Virus record (IMG/VR): IMGVR_UViG_3300028072_000010
Coordinates: 1 to 43,085 of that record
Strand: one strand, 5' to 3'
DNA from: a virus
Taxonomy: Duplodnaviria > Caudoviricetes
Length of the DNA stretch: 43,085 bases
The position numbers were made by a program, and so were the translations under genes. The notes beneath the pieces are model-generated. The model ran no database searches, was not told the origin of the DNA, and worked only from the letters and a program-made list of their open reading frames with translations. Numbering within the stretch: the stretch's first letter is position 1; every line of letters starts with the position of its first letter. Shown one piece after another: positions 29,401 through 37,375 of the stretch.

Positions 29401-30870
29401 ATGGCCGAGGCATCCAATGCCGCCAATGTGAGTGGAATTGGCACCGCGACCAATTGGCTCACCCAATCCAGAGCCCCCCAGCAGCCTAGTCTGTTGGAGA
29501 CGGTCGGCAGCTTACAGTCGCTGGCCAATGCCTCGGCGCAGAATGACCTTCAGAAACAAGACCTGTTGAACAAGCAGCAGGAATTGGCAAACAGCCAGCT
29601 TGGTATTCTCGGACAGATTGCGACCGGTATTGCGTTGACCACGCCGCCTGAGCAACTGACGCCCGATTTCGTAAAAAACAAGATGGAAGAACTCAAAGTC
29701 CATATGCCGCTAATGGCTGGGCATTTGACCGATATGGAAGCGCATGTCACCAAGGACGATAACGCGACCACGCTCAAACAGAAATTGATGACCTATGGCC
29801 TAATGTCGGTGAAGCCGCCCGACGCTCAGTCGATGGCGGGGACTCGTGGCACGATGCAGACGTATGATAAGTCTGGGATGCCGGTGCAGGTCGGCACTGT
29901 GCAGCCCGGTATGGGAATGCCGGGCGAGGGACAGGTTGTCCCACAAGGTGCTGGCGTGCCGATGTCGATCAGTCCGGACACGGGCACGGACCTCGTCGAG
30001 GTGAAGAAGCCCGATGGCACATTGACTCAAGTTCCGCGTCAACAGGTCTTCCAGTATAATCTATTGCAACATGGCTGGACCCTAACTAAACCTCTAGCTG
30101 GGGCGGCTACAGGAGCCACGGTCACTCCACCTCCGACGGGTGGCACCACTACACCTCCGCCAGCGGCACCCGCTCAATCGACGTTGCCGCTGGGTCAAAC
30201 GTTGCCCAACGCCGAGCAGTTGAAACTACAAGCGGCCAGCCGTGCTCAAGATACCACCGACATGGCCTCGCTCTCATCGCGGAATTTCGCCGACCTCCAA
30301 GGGTCGTTGGCCAGCATCCGCAATCTATCGACCACGGTGTCGAGCGGCAAAGGCACGGAATACGCCAATACCGCCAAACAAATCCTCACCAATGCCCTGC
30401 CGAATGTCGCGGCGGCACTGGGTATCGATCCGAACAAGTCCTATGACCAACAGGATTTGTGGAAGGCATTGTCACGAGCGGCGTTGGCATCGGGCAATCG
30501 ATCTGACGCCGATCTGTTCACGCAAATCTCCGCCAATCCAAATCATGATATGTCGCCCGTGGCGATGCGCCGGGCGGCCGAATATGTGTTGGCCTTGAAC
30601 ACCCAAGAGTCGGTGTTGACCCAAGAAGCCCACGCTCAAGCGACTCACGATCCTCTGGATACCAATAAACAGAACGCCGCTACGCGGTTGCGTATCCAGA
30701 ACTCGACCGATCAGAACGCTTATCGATTGGCGTATGCGCCAGAGGAAGAACAGCGGGCCTACCTGTCGAAGCTCGGAAAAGATGAACGGAAGAAATACGC
30801 CTACACCATGAGTTTGATCGACAAATATGCTCAGCCAGCCGCTGGAATGCCGGCGACGGGGTCACGCTGA
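29401..30870 (+). CDS. DNA ejection protein (P22 gp20 position)
   Basis: Q/A/T-rich helical protein following the gp7-like gene; assigned by synteny. Confidence 0.65.
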   Translation: MAEASNAANVSGIGTATNWLTQSRAPQQPSLLETVGSLQSLANASAQNDLQKQDLLNKQQELANSQLGILGQIATGIALTTPPEQLTPDFVKNKMEELKVHMPLMAGHLTDMEAHVTKDDNATTLKQKLMTYGLMSVKPPDAQSMAGTRGTMQTYDKSGMPVQVGTVQPGMGMPGEGQVVPQGAGVPMSISPDTGTDLVEVKKPDGTLTQVPRQQVFQYNLLQHGWTLTKPLAGAATGATVTPPPTGGTTTPPPAAPAQSTLPLGQTLPNAEQLKLQAASRAQDTTDMASLSSRNFADLQGSLASIRNLSTTVSSGKGTEYANTAKQILTNALPNVAAALGIDPNKSYDQQDLWKALSRAALASGNRSDADLFTQISANPNHDMSPVAMRRAAEYVLALNTQESVLTQEAHAQATHDPLDTNKQNAATRLRIQNSTDQNAYRLAYAPEEEQRAYLSKLGKDERKKYAYTMSLIDKYAQPAAGMPATGSR

Positions 30871-31802
30871 TGGCAACGGATGACGAAGGCCCGAGCGTCG
30901 AACAACTAATCCGCCGCCAACCATCGCCTAACGCTAATCCGTCGAGCGGTACTCCGGACGATGGTCCGAGCGTGGATGACCTGATCAAGCAGCATCAGGC
31001 ACTGCAACAGAAAACGGGTATCGCTCCGGTCACCGAACCGCCGGCAGTCCAGACTCGCGGTCAGGCAACGACCAGCATAGGCAATGCCCTGATGGCGGGC
31101 TTCGTGCAGGGTCTGAATGATAGCCCAGAGATACAATCGCTGAAGAAATCCCCCCTCGGCCAGATGAAAAACACCAAGATCGATCTGGGCACGCCGGACC
31201 CGTTGACCGAGGAAGATTATCAAAAGCAATATGGTGACAACACCTCGGCGTCCACCGGGCGCTTTCTCGGGCACCTCTATGCTTCGCTGCCAGCGATGAT
31301 CGGCACCGGTGGGGCAACGAATATGCTAACCCGCCCGTCGATGTTTGCCGGCGGAAAGTTCTTCGCCAGTCCAGTGACTCAAGGTGTGGTGACCACGGCT
31401 CGCAATGCTGCTCAGGCCGCAGAGTTTTCCGGCGAAAGTGGCGGCACACCGACACAGAATGCCGAAGCAGCAGCGTTGGGTGCGGGTGGAGCAGGATTAG
31501 GCAAAGGAGCCCAATGGCTGGCCAGTAAAAATGTTCTCGCCAATCCATACGTTCAGAGCCTGCTTGCTCTTGTGGGCGGCGGCATGGGCCTAAGCCACGG
31601 CGGGCCGTTCGAGGCGGCGGCGGCATTGTTTGGAGTTGGGGGGGCGGCACATTATCTTGGCCGCATGTCGCCAATCGCCAACGCGCTAATCCGTCAAGCC
31701 GCCAATCTGGTCAGCGGACCAGCCGGGCCGGTGATCGCTGGGTCTGCCGCTCCGCTGGTTAATCCCCTGGCGAAAGACTTGTCGCTGATGACCGGGCAGT
31801 AA
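30870..31802 (+). CDS. DNA ejection protein (P22 gp16 position, short)
   Basis: Coupled start; duplicated N-terminal D.GPSV..LI; G/A-rich hydrophobic segments. Confidence 0.55.
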   Translation: MATDDEGPSVEQLIRRQPSPNANPSSGTPDDGPSVDDLIKQHQALQQKTGIAPVTEPPAVQTRGQATTSIGNALMAGFVQGLNDSPEIQSLKKSPLGQMKNTKIDLGTPDPLTEEDYQKQYGDNTSASTGRFLGHLYASLPAMIGTGGATNMLTRPSMFAGGKFFASPVTQGVVTTARNAAQAAEFSGESGGTPTQNAEAAALGAGGAGLGKGAQWLASKNVLANPYVQSLLALVGGGMGLSHGGPFEAAAALFGVGGAAHYLGRMSPIANALIRQAANLVSGPAGPVIAGSAAPLVNPLAKDLSLMTGQ

Positions 31803-32124
31803 AATTCAGCGTCTTGAGAAACGCTCGCTGCTGATCATAGCCGTCGTTCGGCGGTAGGCCAGCGCGTTGACGCCGCAGGTCGTCGGCAAACGCTTCATCA
31901 TCCAGCCGCTGTTGCCGCCGAATCGGAGCATTCCGGATATAGGTGCGGATTTCTCCGGGAATTTTCCCGATCTCGATCAGCATGTTCCAGATCAGCGTGA
32001 CGAAACTGATCAGGATGCCGATCACGAATGCCGCCGTGAAGACGAGCAGGATGTCGCCCAGCACCACGCTCAGCGACACGCCGCTCAGCACCATCAGGAC
32101 CAGGAACAGTAAGAAGGTTGCCAT
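31759..32124 (-). CDS. membrane protein, possible superinfection exclusion moron
   Basis: Two N-terminal hydrophobic helices; antisense, after the ejection genes; TTGACG-17-TACACA promoter-like sequence at 32161-32133. Confidence 0.55.
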   Translation of the reverse strand: MATFLLFLVLMVLSGVSLSVVLGDILLVFTAAFVIGILISFVTLIWNMLIEIGKIPGEIRTYIRNAPIRRQQRLDDEAFADDLRRQRAGLPPNDGYDQQRAFLKTLNFTARSSATSLSPGD

Positions 32125-32188
32125 AAGACCGTTGTGTACGCGAACTAGCTGTGAGCGTCAAGTCTAAATATGATCAAAGGAATCCTCG

Positions 32189-32965
32189 ATGCCCGATCCG
32201 ATCATCTCTCCGTCGATCAGTCCCTATTCCGCCCGTATCGGCTCGGTCGAGAGCAGCGGCGACATCACAGCGCAGAATCCCCTATATCCCGCCTCCAAGG
32301 GCGGTCCGCTCGGATTGCATCAATTTTTACGCTCTACATGGCTAGATTTCGCCAAAGCTCGACCTGACCTCTTCGCCGGTCAGACTCCAGAGGAAGTTCT
32401 CGCCGGGCGCACCAATCCAAGGTTGTCGGCCGCTGCCGCCGATTGGTATCGCGATTATAATTCGGGGATTTTGGCCAAGGCTGGTATTCTACCAACCCCC
32501 ACGAATTTGGCTCTTGCTCATACTCTTGGTGCCGGAGGGGCGATCGGTGCTCTAAAATATTCCGACGACACGCCGCTGACCAAGGTGTTCCAAGAGACCC
32601 AGCCGAAGATGGCCGACACCATTCTCAAATTAAATCCCGCGTATCAAAATATGACGGTGGGTGACCTCAAGGGCAAGTTTGCCAACGTCGATACGGCACC
32701 ACCGGCTCCTGCGCCAGCCCAAACCGCCCAAGCGACTCCCCCGCCGTTCTATCCCATGCAGCCCGCACAATCTGCCTTGGCCACAAAGGAGCCCGATCCC
32801 CTGCAACAATTGGCATTGGTCAATTCGCTGATGAAGCCCGTGGGACAGCCGATGAACAATAATATGAACACCGGAGTGTTGCAAGCCCTTGCCGCTGCCA
32901 ATGCCAATCGAAGCGGTCTGCCAGCCGGCTATGGACAAGGATTGGCCAATCCGTTACTGACCTGA
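32189..32965 (+). CDS. lytic transglycosylase-like muralytic protein
   Basis: ESSG...A.NP, GL.QF..STW, LAH.LGAGGA, NP motifs; low-complexity C-terminus; TAAATA at 32165 and AAGGA SD. Confidence 0.75.
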   Translation: MPDPIISPSISPYSARIGSVESSGDITAQNPLYPASKGGPLGLHQFLRSTWLDFAKARPDLFAGQTPEEVLAGRTNPRLSAAAADWYRDYNSGILAKAGILPTPTNLALAHTLGAGGAIGALKYSDDTPLTKVFQETQPKMADTILKLNPAYQNMTVGDLKGKFANVDTAPPAPAPAQTAQATPPPFYPMQPAQSALATKEPDPLQQLALVNSLMKPVGQPMNNNMNTGVLQALAAANANRSGLPAGYGQGLANPLLT

Positions 32966-32991
32966 TATGACCGCTTCGTTCGATTAGAGGG

Positions 32992-33047
32992 TTGACGCGG
33001 TCATCGAATCGTGTAGCGATTGCATCGCAAACCCTAATCATAGGAGG
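32992..33047 (+). promoter_or_regulatory. sigma70-like promoter and SD of the RAMP operon
   Basis: TTGACG 32992-32997, weak -10 near 33014, palindrome GCGAT-TGC-ATCGC 33016-33028, AGGAGG 33042-33047; no TAAATA. Confidence 0.45.
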
Positions 33048-33055
33048 AAGCGGCA

Positions 33056-33958
33056 ATGGCAAGAGCCCCTGTGGTCCCCGCAAAGTCGGGGCCGATCGAC
33101 GTTCCATTAATCAAAATCGGCGAAACCACGATGTGGGTCGTCGGTCGCACGCAATACGTGTTCAACTCGATGAGCGGTCGCGGCAGACGTGAACTCCTGT
33201 ATCCATCAGGCGGCCGGAGAAGCCGTGCGGATCGTGCCGGCGTGTTGAAACATGATCCCTATGCCGAATTTTGCGATTCGATCACCCGTGCGCCCGAAGG
33301 CTCTCCGACATTACTGGGCATCCCAGCCGCCGCGTTTCATCGCCTGATGCAAACCGCCGCGCTCGATCTGCCCAACACCCGCAAGAGCGAGATCGGCCGG
33401 ATGACCTGGATCGTTGCGGACGAAGGCGCTGCCCTGCCGGTCTGGGGGGTGCCCGAATTCGAGATCATCGGAGTCCGCACAGCCGATCTCGCCCGCACCC
33501 CCGATATGCGTAGCCACGCCGTGATGCGTGAATGGTGTTGCGAAGTGACTGTTCAGTATGTGGTTCCCCGCCTGACCGCCTCCGCCTGCTTCAACCTGAT
33601 GTTTGCCGGTGGCTGGACAGTGGGCGTGGGCGACGGGCGTCAGGAAAAAGGCATCCTCAATAATGGGCAGTTCGCCGTGGTGCCGGCGATCCCCCCGGAT
33701 GCCAAAGAGGCCGACCGTGCTCGCATTATTGCTTCTGATCCCCCGACCTACAGCAAGTTTTTCGATCTCCAAGCGAACGCCGGACGCGAAATGCAGGAAG
33801 CGGCGATGAGGGAGCCAACTTTTTATAACGAACAGAGCCGGCTCGACTTTGAGTGGTTCCAGGAACAACTGGCGGCACGCGGCAATGAGAATCTTGCCCG
33901 CCAGATGGGACTGGACGATCTCGAAGGCGTCGGCGATGATGATGTCGCCGTGGACTGA
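33056..33958 (+). CDS. Cas7/RAMP-like protein
   Basis: RAMP-ordered motifs: first strand WVVGRTQYVFN, GIPAAAFHRLMQTAA (cf. IPxSxxKG.LR), EWCCEVTVQY, and a G-rich loop AGGWTVGVGDGRQEKG..NGQF near the C-terminus. Confidence 0.7.
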   Translation: MARAPVVPAKSGPIDVPLIKIGETTMWVVGRTQYVFNSMSGRGRRELLYPSGGRRSRADRAGVLKHDPYAEFCDSITRAPEGSPTLLGIPAAAFHRLMQTAALDLPNTRKSEIGRMTWIVADEGAALPVWGVPEFEIIGVRTADLARTPDMRSHAVMREWCCEVTVQYVVPRLTASACFNLMFAGGWTVGVGDGRQEKGILNNGQFAVVPAIPPDAKEADRARIIASDPPTYSKFFDLQANAGREMQEAAMREPTFYNEQSRLDFEWFQEQLAARGNENLARQMGLDDLEGVGDDDVAVD

Positions 33959-33969
33959 AAGGAGCCTAA

Positions 33970-34485
33970 ATGCCGAAGCTATCGCAAACCGTTCTCCGCA
34001 CCGTGATGGAGGAATTCGAGCGACGCCATGACGGCGTGCTTGATGCCCGCCTTCTGGAAGCGGAGATACGTGCCGATCTAGCGCATCCGTGGCGCAAGGA
34101 GAACGGCGGCGAGATTGAGATGAATGACGCGACAGCGGCCATCGAACATCGCGTCGGCCAAATCTTCAAGTTGTTCCGCCGAGCACGGGTTGAGGTCAGC
34201 TATCACCACGTAATCCTTAACGCACCCCGCAATGTACCGATTATCGATCAGACGCCGAGGGCGTATGAGCATATCCTACGCGCACGGGAGGTTCGCTCCG
34301 AAGAAAACCGCCGGCAAATCGTCGCCGAGCGAGTGGAGAAACTGGCACGCGAAGTACGAACGGTACGCATTCTGGCGGCGGTGCTTGATGTCACCGATCA
34401 ATTAGGTGAGATCGAACGTCGTTTGACGGTGTTCGGCGAGACCTTACGCCCATCGGTCAACGACGCCCCCGCTGGAAATGCTTGA
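33970..34485 (+). CDS. RAMP-associated helical accessory protein
   Basis: AAGGAG SD; co-oriented between the RAMP-like gene and the array; G.L.A...HP....E.ND..AA..HR..Q pattern; C-terminal coiled coil. Confidence 0.65.
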   Translation: MPKLSQTVLRTVMEEFERRHDGVLDARLLEAEIRADLAHPWRKENGGEIEMNDATAAIEHRVGQIFKLFRRARVEVSYHHVILNAPRNVPIIDQTPRAYEHILRAREVRSEENRRQIVAERVEKLAREVRTVRILAAVLDVTDQLGEIERRLTVFGETLRPSVNDAPAGNA

Positions 34486-34495
34486 TCCTCGTCGC

Positions 34496-34756
34496 GACTT
34501 GACTAGACTTGACGCGACTAGACCAGACTCGACGTGATGCGACATGATGCGACCTGACAGGACCGGATGGGACTTGACATGACGGACGCGACTTGACAAG
34601 ACTGGCCCCAACACGACGTGGCATGACGTGAGTTGACTAGACAGACCGGACTAGACGCGATCGGACCTGATCGGACGAGTGGAGACTTGATTGGACGAGA
34701 CCGGACTGGATAAGACCGACCCGACAAGACCAGAAGGACAGGCCAAGACTTGACGG
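34496..34756 (+). repeat. GAY-NN pentamer array (putative guide-RNA locus)
   Basis: 49 pentamers counted by hand (36 GAC-NN, 7 GAT-NN, 6 degenerate) plus four 4-nt units; NN highly variable. Confidence 0.92.
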
Positions 34757-34764
34757 AGGTTATG

Positions 34765-34815
34765 CGGCGCCGACTGGAGTGTTCAGTCGGCGCCGTTGGC
34801 CTAACGGCGTTTTTT
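34765..34815 (+). terminator. 12-bp hairpin overlapping an intrinsic terminator
   Basis: CGGCGCCGACTG/CAGTCGGCGCCG (34765-34795); CGCCGTT-GGCCT-AACGGCG-TTTTTT (34791-34815). Confidence 0.75.
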
Positions 34816-35007
34816 AATCTCATCAAACTGTTTCTTAATTTTGTCAAACTGCTGGATCAACCGATCCAATCGCTGGATCAGCCGCTCAAATTGGGAATCG
34901 ACTCGGTCAAATCCATCGTTCATGAGCGTCATGAGGCGAGTCAAATCGTCGTCCACAGCGTGGAGAGTTTGTAACAAAAGACCAGCAGTAGCTTGCAGTT
35001 CGGCCAT
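34801..35007 (-). CDS. small coiled-coil protein
   Basis: Heptads FDRVDSQ/FERLIQR/LDRLIQQ; coupled to the upstream gene. Confidence 0.65.
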   Translation of the reverse strand: MAELQATAGLLLQTLHAVDDDLTRLMTLMNDGFDRVDSQFERLIQRLDRLIQQFDKIKKQFDEIKKRR

Positions 35008-35309
35008 CAGTGCCGGGTCTTATCCTTGCCGATCAAGTCCTTGATCTCATGGACCTCGGTTTCTAGGCGCGACATCCGCTGATCAAGCCGATCCATTCGC
35101 TCATCCATCCGATCGAACCGCTGATGGGTCGCGTCGAACCGCTGATGGGTCGCCGCGATGAATCCCGTCAGGATATCGCCAAAGCGGCGGCCGTCGGCGA
35201 TTAGCTGTTGCATGGCTTGCATCAAGGGACTCTCATCATCCTGTCGCAGATACCGTTCGTCAAGTTCTTCGAGCGTGTATTCGGGCATATCCCTATCTAG
35301 TCCCTTCAC
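35007..35309 (-). CDS. small coiled-coil protein with heptad repeats
   Basis: ATHQRFD x2 (21-nt tandem repeat 35113-35153), RMDERMDRLDQRMSRLE. Confidence 0.7.
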   Translation of the reverse strand: MKGLDRDMPEYTLEELDERYLRQDDESPLMQAMQQLIADGRRFGDILTGFIAATHQRFDATHQRFDRMDERMDRLDQRMSRLETEVHEIKDLIGKDKTRH

Positions 35310-35815
35310 CCATGCGCCGCAACCAATACCCGCACCTGTAGCACGTCCGTGATCATCGTGCCAAGATTGGGCACATGCTGCGGATCGGCCAAGAAGGTAT
35401 GGTTGCGCTGTGCTGGATCGGTGAACATGCCGGCCAACTCGCCCGATCGGTTGATCGCCGTGAGGAAGGTACTGCCCGCCCCTCGGACATCCACCTGCTC
35501 AACGATGCCGGTCCGCTCATTCGCCAGAAACCCGTGCGAGACCAGTCCGACGGTGAACGATCCGACGATCCAGCCACTGATATTTTCGTCATGGGCGACG
35601 ATCAGATTGTCCGCCACACCCGGTATGTGTGGCTTTGGTACCACAGGTGTGGCCGGAGCGGGGATGGAGGTGATCTGTCCGGCGGTGTCAGTCCACCAAC
35701 CGCCCCACAATCGTCCGGCGGAGAGGAAATAGGTGGCCGAGCCATTGTCGGCGAGGTGAGTGATGTCCGCCGTATAGCGGGCATTGGGGGTGAATTCCGT
35801 CAGGCGATAGACCAC
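35306..35815 (-). CDS. HAF-repeat/beta-propeller-like protein, possibly truncated
   Basis: N.SG.IVG.F.....HGFL, VDV.GA.ST...AIN.SG..AG.F.D....H.FL motifs. Confidence 0.55.
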   Translation of the reverse strand: MVYRLTEFTPNARYTADITHLADNGSATYFLSAGRLWGGWWTDTAGQITSIPAPATPVVPKPHIPGVADNLIVAHDENISGWIVGSFTVGLVSHGFLANERTGIVEQVDVRGAGSTFLTAINRSGELAGMFTDPAQRNHTFLADPQHVPNLGTMITDVLQVRVLVAAHG

Positions 35816-36077
35816 GGGGGTATCCTTGTGATGGTTCCCCCCGATGCCGGTGTGTTTAGATGGAGTTCAGTGTGGCGTCAAGTAGCCTTTCCACAGGCTG
35901 ATGTGCTGTTGAAAGCCGGTGGCGCGTATGCGTCGTCATAGCCTTTCACAGGCTCAGGTCGTCTCGGTCGGTATGGTAGTCGTCACAGGCTAGTTCGCCT
36001 CGTGGTCAAGTCGTCGCAGCCATTCGGCCAGCGATTATGAGCTTGGTCGCCGACGACATAGAGCCGGGGCTTAGGAT

Positions 36078-36140
36078 AAAAAAGGGAGAACCAGTGGTTC
36101 CCCCCGAGGGTCGTCTAGCAGGGCGATAGCGCCCTGTCAA
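36078..36140 (-). promoter_or_regulatory. sigma70-like promoter with operator-like palindrome, followed by an intrinsic terminator
   Basis: Minus strand TTGACA (36140-36135), 17 nt, TAGACG; palindrome CAGGGCG-N4-CGCCCTG 36119-36136; GGGGAACC-ACT-GGTTCTCC-C-TTTTTT ~36102-36078. Confidence 0.5.
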
Positions 36141-36203
36141 CAGGTTTCGGCGTCTTCGGTGTCGGCCACGGGCCGCACCATGGCCAGATCATCGGCCACG
36201 GAA

Positions 36204-36413
36204 TCAGGAATGAGCGCATTTCAATCTCTTTTGTTTGGGTTCATAGTCGATCGGCCGACGGAGCGGAATGGCTTCCAGTTGGTCGGCCAGATGCAGCAGA
36301 CGGGCACCATCCGGCGAGGTCGGCGCCAATTCTCGCCATGTGCTGATCGCGTCTTCGACGAACTTGCTATCGAAATTCCGCTTCATTCTGGCACGGCGAC
36401 CTTCGGCGATCAT
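36204..36413 (-). CDS. small basic protein
   Basis: ATG 36413 lies 5 nt after a minus-strand TAAATA (36424-36419); Arg-rich N-terminus GRRARMKR. Confidence 0.55.
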   Translation of the reverse strand: MIAEGRRARMKRNFDSKFVEDAISTWRELAPTSPDGARLLHLADQLEAIPLRRPIDYEPKQKRLKCAHS

Positions 36414-36700
36414 AGCCATATTTAGAAAACGGCGGAGTTGCAATCGCTGGCTCCGCCGTTCTCACTGATGGTTAATTTGGAAATGAATGAGTGCCGTACT
36501 GGAGGACGGCGACTCTATTTATAAAAGATTGTCACGCCCTCGGCGTGACGGCTGTCACATTCGCCTTTCGGCGGATGTGACGACCCGGCGTCAAGGAGTC
36601 AAACGCCGGGTCTCTTCACGGATGATTTCGCAATTACACGTCTGTCGGACGCCAACCCGACAAAATCATTTATCGCATATCCGCTGAGAAATTGCAACTA

Positions 36701-36955
36701 TTATTCGCGATAGGCGAAGCCTGGACGTTCGACCTCTAGCTCGAACGTCGCCACCCGCCGCACCTTGTCGGCGTTCACCACCCCGTCAATGATCAACCGC
36801 TCAAGGAAAAATAACACCACATCCTCGACCAACCCCACCGGCGCATCCAACTCACAGTTCAAGGCCGCATAACTCATGTCCCGCTCGTGATTCATCTGAT
36901 GCTCATCCACCAACATCCGTAAAATAGCAAAATCTGGCAACTCTATCCTTTTCAT
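36701..36955 (-). CDS. hypothetical protein
   Basis: 84 aa ORF with a purine-rich leader. Confidence 0.55.
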   Translation of the reverse strand: MKRIELPDFAILRMLVDEHQMNHERDMSYAALNCELDAPVGLVEDVVLFFLERLIIDGVVNADKVRRVATFELEVERPGFAYRE

Positions 36956-37030
36956 TGCTTTCTTCCGTTAACTCCATCCATTATAGCCCAAAAGATCGGG
37001 GTAAATAAAGTGAGATTGGGGGTATTGAGC

Positions 37031-37258
37031 ATGGAGGCACCGGAACGAGGATTGATGGACTATGACGCGGCCAGTCGTTATTGTGGGTTGCCTCGGCGGT
37101 ATTTTGTGCACCGCCACAAATATGGTACCGGACCGGCGTATATCACCCTATCGCCGCGTCGGGTGATGTTCAATCCCGACGATCTAGATCGTTGGATACA
37201 GACATGGACGCGGCACGATTGCGGATGTGGCGAAGGACCCGACAACGAAGCTAATTAA
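37031..37258 (+). CDS. AlpA/excisionase-like HTH protein
   Basis: LMDYDAASRYCGL...R..GTGP.Y....RV.F...DLD.W; TAAATA at 37002. Confidence 0.75.
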   Translation: MEAPERGLMDYDAASRYCGLPRRYFVHRHKYGTGPAYITLSPRRVMFNPDDLDRWIQTWTRHDCGCGEGPDNEAN

Positions 37259-37375
37259 ACAAAACCCCCACATCGGTGAGACGATGCAGGGGTCATTAGA
37301 AGGAAAACGTATTATGTGTATTAAGCGTATTTATAGCATATCCCTCAACGGAGCGCAAGCAGAGGGTCATGCGCC

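Noticed and set aside
34496-34756. Canonical CRISPR array
   Set aside because: No 23-47 nt repeats with unique spacers; the period is 5 nt; no Cas1/Cas2/Cas6.
34518-34847. Minus-strand 109 aa ORF across the array
   Set aside because: S/R/V-rich translation typical of a repeat shadow; overlaps the real 34801..35007 gene; no SD.
35955-36020. GAC-rich minus-strand stretch as a second pentamer array
   Set aside because: The GAC units do not keep a 5-nt phase.
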